Assembly (NCBI GenBank): GCA_965235115.1
Contig: OZ249446.1
Location: forward strand, 8,804,001 to 8,868,000
DNA from: Laetmonice hystrix
Lineage: Eukaryota
Direction of reading: 5' to 3'
DNA: 64,000 bases
Shown here: positions 12,917 through 25,838 of the stretch, in pieces
Numbering within the stretch: position 1 is the first letter of the stretch
Layout of the letters: the number at the start of each line of letters is the position of its first letter
Notes under the pieces: generated by a model
Database searches by the model: none
Told to the model about the DNA's origin: nothing
Seen by the model: the letters and a program-made list of their open reading frames with translations, nothing else
Program-made: the position numbers and the translations under genes

Positions 12917-13268
12917 CTGCAACGTGCATCATTCAAGTTGCTTATAACCACATAAAATGCCTGAATATATGACCATCTTTCACGATCCAATTTTTATGTT
13001 TTCTGCCCAGTTTATAATACATTTAATAATGAGAACATTTTGTACACTGTTGTTTCGACGCTGCAAATACATGTATAAAGCCAATCAGGACGAGATGAAG
13101 ACGAAGATGAAATGCAGATGAAACACTCCCAAAGTCAACCGACTCGATTTCTATATCCTGTTGATAACAAACTTGTAATGCACACCTTCACAGTTCTATT
13201 TGATGATTCGGATGCCGGAAAAACCGACATGAATGGAATAATTGTTGACAGGCGCGTGACTGGCTTAC

Positions 13269-13325
13269 CTTGTGAGGATGAAACGGCATTCCATATTCTA
13301 CCGGAAGCACCAGCGGACGCGGGAA
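13269..13325 (-). CDS. Gene A: 57-nt juxtamembrane stalk exon (VPASAGASGRIWNAVSSSQ)
   Basis: Acceptor ctcttttatccag| and donor AAG|gtaagc. Phase 1-1, open. Same length as the gene B exon. Confidence 0.85.
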
Positions 13326-13628
13326 CTGGATAAAAGAGAAACTAGGGCTGTAAGGAAGGTTTACATGGCGTTCTTATACCGAGATGGTCTTGAATTCAGC
13401 CCGAATATTTCAACATTCAGTTCAATACATATGACAAAAATAACAGGAGTAAAAGTTTGGTCATATTCAAGACGGGGGAAATTATCCCTGAAATCCAATA
13501 AAATGATTGCCCCGGAAAGGATCTATACGTCAGGCACTGTTTGGCTGAAAATGTTTAATGTATTAGTACAAACGATATTGTAAACTGAGGTTCCGACATA
13601 AAAGAGTAAAAACTGAGCTGACACGGAC

Positions 13629-13781
13629 CTCTTGAACAGTTGGCGTACGAGCCAATCCAACTGTTACGGTGACACCTGAGGCGCCATGTCTCGTCTGTCG
13701 CCTCACATCCAACCAAAACGCTGTCTCCTGCACGTTTCACCCACCCGCCGATAGGTGGCGTCAGGTCAGGGCATCCGATGG
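13629..13781 (-). CDS. Gene A: CCP/sushi-like domain exon (IGCPDLTPPIGGWVKRAGDSVLVGCEATDETWRLRCHRNSWIGSYANCSR)
   Basis: Acceptor ttctttgtccttgcag| and donor GAG|gtccgt. 153 nt, phase 1-1. Four Cys with W between C3 and C4. A homologous exon is present in gene B. Confidence 0.88.
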
Positions 13782-13970
13782 CTGCAAGGACAAAGAAGGT
13801 GATGTGTTTCCGATCAAGTATTTAATAAGTATTTCCATTTAGGGTACAAAAGATAATACTCGTTTTATGACGAATAATTGACAGACAGCCCGCATTGGGG
13901 ATAATATAGAATGGACGCCCTTATAGACGTGCAATTTTCCAGCAAACCGCCTCCTAGCGGGAAGCCTCAC

Positions 13971-14378
13971 CTTCAAACTGGAGCATGAAATATCCATGAT
14001 CATCATTTTCCTGCCTCTTCGTGACGATACGTATCTCAACGGTGTTCTCTTGAGACGTGAAGACGTGACTCGTTCTCGAACTGTCTGGGCACACCGTCTT
14101 TGATGACGTCACGCGCCTCTCTTTGATAATTGCGTACACGTGACATGGCGGAGGTAGACCCCGGTGGTCGGCGTCCGTGCGACCTGGCTTCCGGTTAACG
14201 CTATCAAAGTCCCACAGCGTGAGGTTGAGGCGCTGGCCCGGCCTGGCGCGCACTAACCATGGCGTATCAATACTTCCACATCCGGTGTTCTCAGTTATCA
14301 TGCTGGAAATGTATCCCTCCGCCGCCGTAACCTCCACAAAGCTGGCCGACCGGCACTCATCCGGTTTGACTGTCATCA
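13971..14378 (-). CDS. Gene A: CUB-like domain exon
   Basis: Acceptor attgttacag| and donor AAG|gtgagg. 408 nt, phase 1-1. GYISS..GCG...PWLVRARPGQRLNLTLWDF...FTSQENTVEIRI...FMLQFE fits the CUB pattern. Confidence 0.9.
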
Positions 14379-15663
14379 CTGTAACAATAGCGAACACAAT
14401 AAGGAACGAACAGTTGGCCACAGCCATTGAAGTCGGCTATTTGGGAGACGTTTCAGGTATGCGCGTACGTCCTCAGTTGGTCTGTACGGCAGTGGACCAA
14501 CAGGTAACAGACCTGTGTCTCCTGTTAGCACTGCTGTATAGCTTTAATATAATAGTCCTATATATAATAGTTCTTTGTTTGTAGGGCCATTGTTCCCCGG
14601 GTACCCGGGATAATATTCTAACAATATTCTAAAGATGCGGGCAATGCGTAAAACCACCATCCTTTACTTATACGGCCATTGTATGCATATTGAGAGGTAA
14701 TATTTAGCAGAAAGCAGAGACAGAAAGTGAATTTGCTAGGGCTGGCTAAATATAAACGGAAGTCGGTTATGAGGCCCTAACTTGCCGGGGGGGGGGGCAG
14801 AGAGTGGAGAAGAATCTGTTTCCCCCATTGTTTCCGGATATTTCGTATGTTTCGGCCAAAAAGGCCGAAACTGTAAAAGCCCAAAGCAAGAAAGAAATGA
14901 AATGGTCATTTTCAGGGGAGGTAAGCTAGGTGGGCTCCGCGCTGAATCTGCGCCAGACATTTTACCAACTCAGCTGGCGATGGACTAGATATTCATGGAC
15001 CTGTCGAGCACCGTGAAAGTCGCCAGAGGATTTAGAGAGAACCGCCCTTTCTCGGATAGATCCTCAGGGTTGTCAACCCTGACCAAGTCGACGCAAAGAC
15101 CGACTCCGGGCGAGATACCATCATCACCTTGTCTGTAATTATATTGGACTGGCAATAGACAGCGCTGACGTGACGCCATTTGGCGTTGAGAGGGGGCTGA
15201 GATTGAACAGCAGTGAATGGCCAGCGGTGGGCACGGTGTAAGATGTCAGACGTGACAGTGACGGCCACTGCTGATCCCCCTGACTCCGGCGGCAGTTGGT
15301 CGTGTCAAGAGCCGTCAGCAGGGATCGATGGGCGCCCCCTACTGGACTCCCTGGAGACCGAGCCTGACTGACCCTGAAGTGAAGCCAGCCAGACCCGACA
15401 GTCTCGCCCAAACGTAGTACAGCGCTTATGCAGGACAGATAACTAGGAGTTGCGTGATCTGTGAACCCATCGCCTGCATGTAAAAATATTCAACGCCAAG
15501 TTAGGCCTAGGGCCTACAGGGAAACAAACTCATACCCAGTCGCACCGAAATAACCGGTAGACATTCGTGTCGGAAGCTGTTAGATGTTAGAAGGGGTTAG
15601 GACACCTGTCTTTATCAGCATTGGCTCTTTCCGGTGTAATCCGACCAAGGTGGGGGGACTGAC

Positions 15664-15782
15664 CTTTGACACAGGAGTAGGAAGCTTCTAGGAAACTTCT
15701 GAAGTCCTTGGGGCAGGGTTTGCTGGCCCCTGTCAGAAGAGTAGTGACCGGGATCTCACACGACGGCCGGCCCGAACACCAC
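15664..15782 (-). CDS. Gene A: SUEL lectin domain, second half (WCSGRPSCEIPV...PCPKDFRSFLEASYSCVK)
   Basis: Acceptor cgctacag| and donor AAG|gtcagt. 119 nt, phase 2 to 1. Contains the CSG+.SC...PCP....+L..SY.C signature. Confidence 0.92.
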
Positions 15783-16261
15783 CTGTAGCGACACAGACCT
15801 TTTGTAACACAACATTTGGCATATGAGAACACCTAGAGGTACACTGCTAGAACAGCTCTGTTGTAACGTTAGTGGTTCCCTTTGTCTATTATTATGCTCA
15901 CCTGTCGATGGAACATATTTACTGTGTTTTAGTCCATTGTTTGAAATCTTTGTATGAACGTAAGTTGAAAAAGGTCATTCTATTAATTTCTTTCTTGAAG
16001 CATACTATTGACGTTTTTTTATTGGAATGCAAACTAATGTTCTTTTTTTCAACAAGACCAGAATTTGCATGCAATTGCAGTACTGCTGGTTGTGTTGAAT
16101 GAAGGTTCAACATCTTATTCTTGGATCATTATATCCTTTCAATTCTTTGTTGTTCTTTTGTTTTAATTATTGACAATTCTCGGCTTATTTAATCTAGGTA
16201 TATGGTATATTGTCTACTAAAACCTGTACAAAAACGGCTAAACCCATCAACTTCTTCCTAC

Positions 16262-16427
16262 CTGTCGAGGTGTGCCCTGACGTCAATAGCACATCCAATA
16301 TGGCCGTAGTTCCTTGAGACGCAGCGGCCTTCACGCATGCGTCCGTATAGCGCGTGTTGTATGATGATAGCTTCCCCTTCCGGACATGTGGCAGTGAACG
16401 TTTCGTCCTCACAATACTCCGTATTGT
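16262..16427 (-). CDS. Gene A: SUEL/rhamnose-binding (Gal_Lectin) domain, first half (NTEYCEDETFTATCPEGEAIIIQHALYGRMREGRCVSRNYGHIGCAIDVRAHLDR)
   Basis: Acceptor tttcctttattcag| and donor CAG|gtagga. 166 nt, phase 1 to 2. Contains the C.....I.I..A.YGR....C signature of SUEL lectins. Not in the ORF track in this frame. Confidence 0.92.
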
Positions 16428-19400
16428 CTGAATAAAGGAAAACAATACATGTTCACGTATATTGTTACTATACAAGGGGCCAAGTTACTGATATGACAAC
16501 AATACAAGAGGCTCATCACTGACATATTTAAAATCAATACCCTGTCATAATACAGAATATACACACACTTTATCCACAGGTATCTACCGATTGCTTACTC
16601 TGAGCCTGCTCAGATCCCTGTGCAGCTCTAAAGCTCATACGGTAGGGTTGTCAGTAATGCGAGCCTAAAGTCGGTGCACTCGTCCAGCTTACACTAATGT
16701 AACATCTAAGGGGTTGGTGAGGCGGTGGATGAATGCTGCTGCCTCCGGCAGAGCCTATTCCCACTCCGCTTACATCTGTTTCTGCTGCTAGTTGGCACTG
16801 TAAAGGTGACATTCTATCTGCTTGTCATTGGGTCTGCCATCGGCCTCAAAGATCCATTTCCAGCATTAGACTCGTCCATTGGTAACAGGACCAGGGATAG
16901 AGGGCCTTTGTCCGACATAATCGCATAATGGCACTGCACCATGGTCAAGTCAATATGGTGATACCTTAATCGGTAGATGGTTGGACCCTGGTCTGTGATA
17001 TGCAAGTCTATGGAACTGACTTGTAATAGGTGGTCAGAGATGAAAAAAGTATCATACACCTAGTCAATACACCACCTGCATCTCCGAGACACAGTTAATA
17101 AGTAGTGACAGACTTTAGTATTTATGACCCGAGAGCCTCAGTGGGTCGAGTCCCATGGATGGCTGCGATGTCCACTTGAAGTGACCGCGTGCATATCAGA
17201 GACGACCTTTCTTGGGGATACTCGAGTCTGAAGCCATCCCAGGGGGCAGAAGGAGGGAAGGTCCCAGCGGCCACCTCCCGGAATACTCGCATTAAAGGAC
17301 AATAAAGAGATTCAAGGTCAGCACACCGGGCGATTGAGGCTCTCAATTGGGCTCTCAATTGTGGGGCACAATGACTGACTGCTGCAGGCCCGAGGGTCGG
17401 GGGCAGACACCCGGTTCTCATAACCCTGGCGGCGATAGGCAGAATTATGGTCCAGTACTAGCCCCCGAACGTGTCTCCGCATAGACAACGGACAATGGCA
17501 GCCAACTGTTGGCGTAGAAGTTTAAAGGATCAGCTCTTATTGCAGGAAGTTCACCATGAAAGGGACGATGGTGATTTCGAAAGTTTTTAATGGCTTTCAG
17601 TGCGTTTCAGTTTAATTACCAAAATATGGTAGAAATGACATTATAATAAGGAATAAGAAACTGCACGGCATGTATGATATGGGCGTATAGGAGAGCATTC
17701 CTCCTGACCATGCAGTCGGGAGGGCGACCATTCCCACAGACATGGTAGTAATCTGTGTGCTAGCCAATCGTGTAACAAATATCACAGGATCCGGATGAGA
17801 AACCATTGAGATGACCTATGACCTCTCGCGAGTACGTACTCATGAGTTCCGTCGATGCCAATTGTGGCCTTCATAAAACACAGGAAAAAATCGTGATGTC
17901 GAAGGCGGGTCCAGTCAATATTAATGGTTCAACCGTTATCATTTCACACGTGCATTCCTCACGTGCACCACGTGAAGACTGTCGATAGTGACCGATACCG
18001 TGCACACGGGCATGCCCACTGTGGCGTACAACGTGGCCAGCAGAGCATGAGCTTTTATTTTCATTCATTATTTCATTTCATATCCTGTCCCACCGCATTG
18101 CTTAGTTGGCCACGAGTGACTAGACGGTATGATATCGAGGTACCTTTAGCCTCTCCCCCTAACCCCCCGGGACCGTACCCCCCGGCTCAGGGCACCAGTA
18201 TCCGGCCACCAGAGATCAAAAGGACACAAGATGAATATTCCCGGCAAAATTAGAGGTCAGAGGGATCGATTTAATAAGCGGACCTGTAAGCAGCGGGGCG
18301 ATGAACGTGTGACAGGTCCAGTTGATTCATGGCGGCAGGGGAGGGCAAGGAAACGCCGCATGCTAATGACCCCAGCATAATGGCCGTCACCGGCAGATAG
18401 AGGCCATGTCGCCCAAAGACGTAAACCAAGGCCAAGCCTTATTTCAGAGTAATCATTGATTTATGAAAGCTGTCCTTCAGTTATATATGCATTATGACGA
18501 CGGCTCAGACTCTATGACATGTGAAACTGTTGGGGAGCTACCTTCTTTTATGGTCAGAATGAGGGCCCCTGTGTTAAGTTGCAATGGGGATCTTTCCATT
18601 AAAACCACGTAATACTACATCATCGCAGTGGGTAGGACTTCAGGAACAACATGGTCTTTCTGCCATACATCCGGCCTGGTGTGGTACACTATTTGTACGT
18701 TTTTCTGACGTTATTATGACCTTTTTCTGATGTTATTATGAGAATTGAGCCCATGTTGGTCGTCTTTACTCTCAGGTTTGCCTCAGATATGGTGGCATGA
18801 GTGGGTACAGTCCTTGCCGCTTCCCTGCCCTCAACCCCCCTGTCTGCCTGCTTGCCTGCTCGCTTGGTGTCTGAATGATGCTCCGATTGCGTGATCCCAT
18901 TTGGAAGTACAATTATTTCACTCCTGAAGTCCGGTGCTACACAGGGTCATCATCTCCCTGGACGCCATGCCGGTACATACGTCGGTGAATAATTCACGTA
19001 ATATTGATATATTCACTATCCCACACTGGCAATCAATGGTCATAGTTAAAGTCCATGAGTTTATCGGCCTGCCAGTCTGCCAGACCATTTACAGCTGACC
19101 ATAGGTGGCGCTGTGCACGCCTTCCAGTTATCAATTGAAACATAAAAAGACGTATACGTATATGATTTCTACTTTGAATGACATGTCCTTGTGTTGTATC
19201 ATAAAGCCGTGGAACCTGACAAGGAGGCGACGGTGCACGTATGCAATATTGAATAGATGTCAAATCGGGAGTTTATATCCCTTGATCAGATTTCTTTATG
19301 AAACGTGCAATATCCAAGACCAGCGGCTCAGAGATGGAAAATGTATAATCGTAAAGAGAACTGTATAGGTTTCATTTGCCAGCCATGCACGGTATTATGC

Positions 19401-20520
19401 TGAATGACCAGAGACATATTTTTCCACTGAGGGAATGTATTGTCATGTAAACCACAGGTTTCACTCAATAGGGGACAGCTTTCTCCTGTTACTCCCGCCT
19501 TGTGCGCCTTTTCAATATAAAGTTGCCAATTTAAGACTTGCCTCTATATGTTCGTTCTGAGGCCTTCACAAACACTGACTGCTCCCTGCCCCGGCAGATT
19601 ACCAACCAAAGGAACCGTTGCTTTGATGTAGCCTCTCAATTTACCTCTTTCATTATCAGTTATATGTCACAGTTATATGTAACATCAAACGTTTGACCTT
19701 GTAACCGACAATGGCCCATATCATTCTGTATAAGTGAGGAACCTTTCTCGAGAGTGAGATTGAGTGCGTGATTGATCGGTTAAATACCATATGGTCTTTA
19801 TTCGTCGTCATGCCATATTCACTTTATAGGCATATATAGCAAACTGCGGTAACTCGAAACAAATGGAAAATCGGGATCAGTCATTTAGGGTGCTTTATGC
19901 TTTAATATTGTAACTTTTAGCAGGGCTTAATGTGTCTTTCAGAGGCGAATAATACACGTTAGAAAGGGAAGTGGGTGGATTATGATAAAGGCCGATTAAT
20001 GATATATGACGTGGTTTAATGAATAGCACCGTGGGACAGGGTGGTGCACGTAGCCGTCAGTTGTGCAAACCTTCTCTCGGGTCATGATTATCTTTAAGTG
20101 AGACTCTCCCCCTCACCAATCACCGTGCTCTGAACGACGAGTATACAAGGACCATCAGTCATCAGGGATCACTGCAATTAAGGCCAAATAAAAAGACGAC
20201 AGGGCAAATATTCCCGCCTTATCATAGCGGGACCAGTGTAGCCAGGTGAGTGAAGGAATATTTTTTTCTACGTTTTAAAATTATGTTTTGCAAGAAGTTG
20301 GTAGGGCAGGGTGGAATGATGGATAGAAGGTGCGCCTGCTGAGAACGAGTAGGGGCGGCTCGGAGCTGTGGTTTGATTCTATCGTACTCCGTTCCTTCAC
20401 CAACCTTAATGTGCCGCCAGTGTAAAGAAGATGGATCTTTGCGGAGCATAGGTTATCGGGCCTTTGGTCAGTGCGAAGGCGAAAGTAGCCGATGTCTGTA
20501 CGACTGGGTGTAACGACGAC

Positions 20521-20576
20521 GGAGGAGGAGGAGGAGGAGGAGGAGGGGGAGGAGGAGGAGGAGGAGGAGGAGGAGG
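20521..20576. repeat. (GGA)n microsatellite
   Basis: Direct reading. Confidence 0.95.
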
Positions 20577-23500
20577 TGCCTGGACTGTGCTGGTCGTATA
20601 TCCGTAATGTTCACATGATATGTTTATGGGGAGATAGTAGTTTTCGCCAGAGTGGGGTTGGTTAAGACTGCTCTTGGCTTATCGATACGGAATGGCGTAT
20701 CAGCCGATCTCAGCCTTCATGGCAACCAGTATCACGTCACGTACTTCTAGGCGTTCGTAGCTAAAGTTTGTGCTTGGAGGACACATGGTATTGGATACAT
20801 GTAGATGCCCACAGACGTCCACAGCCTTTGTGAAATGGCAACTACTACACCATCATCATTATCATTATCATTATCATCGCGTCATCAAACATCGTTATGA
20901 TCATCAACAACACCAAGATAACGCTATTGTTGGGCACTTTTTTCCATGGTTTGCATGAGAAATTTAATCACTAAAGCGTTAATCTGTTTATTTTGTCGCC
21001 CAGAGAATGTAATTTGCATGGCGGAGAAGAGGAGCAGTATGTTTGCTAGAATTCACACATTTGATACAATACACAGGCACATGAAGCAGAAAACGCGCTT
21101 AATGATTCATACCTTTGTGGGTTGTTTACCGTGTAACGCATTTGTGTACAAAAGGATTAGCGAATGGCGAGAATTCAATGAACACAATGGGTAGATTTAC
21201 ATAAACAAAGATTGGCTTCAATTCGCTGAACACCAACGGTTGGCACTGCGGCAATAAATAAGACTTTCATGGGATTACTCTTTGATTTAAGAATACCCGA
21301 CTTAGGCATGAACGCACGTTGAGAGAATGTTAAACCCCGGTATAGGGATATCGCTCGTTGAGCCGCCTCTACGTTTGCCCTCTGTGAGATCCATCAGTTG
21401 TAGCCGATCGATTTAATTAATTTCACGTCAGATGTTGGCCAATCTCTGGTGCCAACATTGCTCACTTCATATTGATTTACATATCTACGTTAACTACATG
21501 AAATCTTGAAGGAAGACTTTTTGATAAGCTGTATTAGAACGTCATGATGTCTGTCTGACTGAACCAGGACATCAACAGCTGAGGAATTAGGGGGGTTATT
21601 ATACCAGAGGGGGTACTGATTCACAGAGAGGGATATTGAACGATACGAGGAGGGAAGTATCCTTATATCCATCCATGGATAAACACATTCGATTATTGTA
21701 CAAGGCTTGAGTTGTCTGTATCCATTAGTCAGTGTTACACTACGTTCTGTTTCCCCGGCAATGTAAACACATATAGAGTGAGGGGTTCAAAGCGACAAAG
21801 GTGGATACTGGCATGTACCCAACAGCAGCTAAGCCTTCATCAATCTCATATTTCTCACAGCAGTATTGAAGCAGGTGCTTTAAAAAATAAATAGTAGTTT
21901 AAAGTCGGCATTACATTAGCCACGTTCTACTGTATTAGTCGTGTGAAGACTCCTAGATCGTATTACTGTATGCAAACCATCGGCTTTAGAACATCATATT
22001 CTAAAGTGCAGGTGTGTCGATTTGAATTGAATATCTCCACTCTAATTACTCTTTCACAGCTTCACAGCAATATGAGATAACGTCGTTGTTTGTTTTAGGC
22101 TCTGTCCCAGGCCTGAGCTACCAATTCTATAGGTAGGAGATGAGGTGAATTAATTATATTTTCTCTGATTTAAATACTATGGCTCATTAGGACTGAAACA
22201 ATGTTTGCTGTGGACAAAAGCGTTCGGTTGTAAATCATTCATCGAAAATCCTTTCTGAAAAGGCACCACGATGAATTGTCTAAAGCCTCGTTGAAGTTCG
22301 AGAATGAGTGCATAAGTCGTAATTAATGTGCAAATATCTAATAATAGGCGTTTTTCTTCAATTTTCTCTTTCGTTCTCTAGAATTAGAATCCAAACCTTC
22401 CTCTCGCAAAGAAAAGAGCGCTGTCGGATTTCAGTTAATTTTGCAGTGAAATCGCTGCATACGGGATTGATGTCGCAATCCTTGATAGGATTTCGACTCG
22501 GTGACCTAAAACGATTTAAAATCTTACCGCAGACTGAGTCCCTAAAGATTGTTGGTGTTGAATCAAGAAACGAGTGAGGCGCGAAGTGATAAAGGCAGCT
22601 CTGCATTATGGAATAAATGCTACATGTCTTTGACGATGAGAAAATGCTTCTGATTATTAACGAATGTTTAGCTCAGTATCGACTTTCCAGCGCGTTTATT
22701 TGTTGTCTGAAAACAGAACGCATCATCGGCGTTTTAAGAATGAAATGATCTTTTCAGAGAATCCTATTTTATTTTCTGTCGTCGCGCACTGTGTTTTCTG
22801 TCGTCGTTGATATTGGCTGTCGTCAGTGAATTGAGAAATCGTCATCATTGCTATTCTTTGGCTCATTATAAAATTTATTAAACTAATATGACACGGAACG
22901 GTTGGCCTTGTGGAGATTATCCAAATAGCAGCAGACAAAGAAAAGTCTTTTAAACCAACTACTGCATTTAAAACTGATAACCTCATTGGTTCCCGAGAGG
23001 GCAGCCAAACAAACAAGATTTGATCATTCATGTTTCCATTGTCTTTTTGGCGTGTTCATTGTTTTAGCCATCCTGGGAACCTGTAGTTCTTTGCCCCCGA
23101 ACCTCGAACCCTTTATCCTTGGAATAGGATCACCTCGTACCCCCAAGCTCATCAAAGCAAAGCGCTGCAGTCTCGAACAAGGTTGAACCCTCATGCCAGC
23201 CTACCCCATGATAATCCAATGACGTAGCCGACGCTCAGAAAACAGGGAGGGAGAAAAGGGGACCGCAGTGACCCGACATAAAGATATGAGGTCGCGGAAT
23301 GGAATCGGCCCTAACCAAAGCAGGTCAGGGTGCCGGCCTGCTGGACGCCCCAGAACGAGGCTCCGCGCATGCGCAGTGGCCAGCACTGGGCTCCAATCGC
23401 GGCAACGTCCGCCGCCGCCATCTCGCAATTCCTAGTGACCGACCAAGATAAATATTTTGGATGGCGATCCTTTTACCCCGAGCAGAGGTTTCCAATTGGA

Positions 23501-25720
23501 ACACCTCCAAAAACCCAGGCAGGGTAGCGGTCTCTTCCACGTCGTTTCCCAAGGCACGCGTAGCCAGACAGCTGGCTCGGAAACGGTGCCTCCAAGAATG
23601 CCCACGGTGAAGGTATACAGGAGTATTAACTAAAGTCTTAAGGATAGTATAGCGATGGAATTAGTTCTATTTTTGCGGATTTGCCTTTACAACTAAATTA
23701 TAATTTTGTAATTATGAATCTAACTCCTTGCAAGATAAACCTCTGGTTCTAGGAAGCTTTTTTCTTGCAGTCACAATACCATTTTTTTGCACACAGTCTG
23801 GCATGTATTTATATGGGTACAAGAATTGGATAGACCGCATTTGCCGTTATTCCAATTTCCTTCCCATTTGTAAATGGTATAGTGTTAATGATAAGTTACA
23901 ACAGAGAGTAAGTCGGGCATGTGCAAGGAAATATATACTAATGTAGGTTGGATGGAGAACGTATTGAAGGGGTACATCATGTCGTATCTTGGCGGATGTA
24001 AAGTCAATAACAGATCTCAATGTGACCGTGCTTGTGTCATTTATAGAGATGATATATCATGTGGTAACCCCTATCCTAGTCTCTATCCAAGCCCCATCAA
24101 ATCCCCAATGTACCCATGGCATCAAAATGTCCCCCTCGGCGTCTGAATACCCCCTAGCTCACCCCATGGCTTCTGAATTCTTGATCAGACCATGGCTTGA
24201 CTCCATGACCCGCAGACCAGGGGAGGGGGCGCACCAGTGGCTGCCCTTTCCGCCGTCCTGCCCGACACAGCTCGGCCCAAATCTAAAAAAGCCGACAGGC
24301 GAGCGAAAAATTAAAGACTGCAACTGGCAATCGGACAAGGATTTGCTGTGTGATTTGTGATCATTAACGGTAGGCATCGACTCTAAGAGAGTCTACATTG
24401 GGTGTTCGTGATCAATTCGGTGGCCTGTTTAATTTTTCATCCATACGCGTGTTGTAAGCTGCCTGTAAGGAGGAAGGGAGGCCAAACATAATAAGTAGCC
24501 AGGCTCCAGTGTCGTGCTCTTAATGAAATCATAATTATCATGGCGACCCTAGGGTTGTTCTCTACCATAATGCCTCGTAATTTCAGGGAACACAGTTCGC
24601 ACAAAGAGCACTTATTTCTTACGGCTGTGTCACAAAACCCCGGCGGTTTGCCATGGTTTTTGGTCGAGGCTCGGGGTAGGCCCCTATTATCCATGACACA
24701 CGCGGCCAGGAGCGCGCCTAAATCTGGGGTCGAAAATGTCGTCTGCTATTTCAAGGAATGGAATTGTGACGGTGCGTTCATCCGACGTCACTAAAGGCCA
24801 TGCAGTTCTGATACGATAAAATCAATCCATGTTTTGAAAAGTCACGGGAATGGCGGCTGCTGTCAAATTTTCGCGTGAGCTGCAGAAAAAAAGCCGAAGA
24901 GTCAATAAATATCATTATGTTGTTTCTCCAATATCGAAAAACTGCTTGACGTGGATGGATTTTTAACGTCGGGTGACTTTTTTCCACGGCAGTGTTCAGT
25001 AGGCCGTAGGTCAACTGACACAAGCCTTCCTGCCAAATCACCGGTGGCAGGCCGAGTTAGGGGCTGAGCCATTCGGGACGTAGATGGGGCAAGGACACGT
25101 CTCGCGAGACTGACAAAGTCACCCCGTACCATTTGTCTTCTCCGACCCTTTATACTGCGGGGCTTTAACTACTGAGTCACGTGACCAGTGCTCCTCAACC
25201 AGCCGAGGGCTACACGTGATCTGGGCGGGCATCTACGTAGAAAATTATCTTATTCTTTATGAGGTACGGGTTGCGGCAGTGACGGTCGAAAGGCTGGATT
25301 ATAGGAGACAGGGTTGTGCCACGGTGCCCGATGTCAATGTATAGTTTCTGACGAGTCCTGAGGCTTGCCTGTCATTCACAGCTTGCACCTTCACCCATCC
25401 TTTTAGGCAATATCTAAAGTGCTATCATATAACCGGAGAGACCAGCTTCCTATTCCTTAAAGAAGTCTCTTTCACCCTTACATTGTACTTACACTGAACA
25501 TGTCGGACTGTGTAATCAACGAAGACTGATCGGCCTGTAGGCTGACTCAAAAAGCAACGCGACTACAAATAATAGTGTTTCTCACATATTGATAATGGAA
25601 TTTCGCAAAATTATAACATCCAGGATCTGCGGTATATTGAGATTTAGGCCTAGAACATATGCCTTCAAACATAGCGCTATTCTGATATTCTAGAGATCCT
25701 AGTTTTGTGTAAGAACTCTG

Positions 25721-25838
25721 GCTCCGGTTCGTAAAATCTTAAGATCTTGCTTAAGCTTAAGCTTAACGCTTCTGATTGGATGGTTTTCTTAGACGAGCAA
25801 ACCAGAAACCAGATCTTCCGTTTTTCACGAACCGAGCC
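25721..25838. mobile_element. Short MITE-like element with CTG target-site duplication
   Basis: Termini gctccggttcgtaaaa / ttttcacgaaccgagcc with ctg on both sides. Its 47-bp core recurs inverted at 47414-47460. Confidence 0.75.

Noticed and set aside
14379-14427. Apparent signal peptide MAVANCSFLIVFAIVT at the start of the CUB ORF
   Set aside because: It is the translated polypyrimidine tract before a canonical acceptor at 14378. A lectin-less isoform from an internal start cannot be excluded but has no support.
14177-14584. 135-aa + strand ORF
   Set aside because: Antisense shadow of the CUB exon.
12080-16427. Assigning a gene symbol such as EVA1C, latrophilin or CSMD to genes A/B
   Set aside because: Domain order and membrane topology match none of them.
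22326-23031. Possible LINE reverse-transcriptase remnant (FTDDSQ resembling YADD)
   Set aside because: Surrounding RT motifs are not recoverable in any frame.
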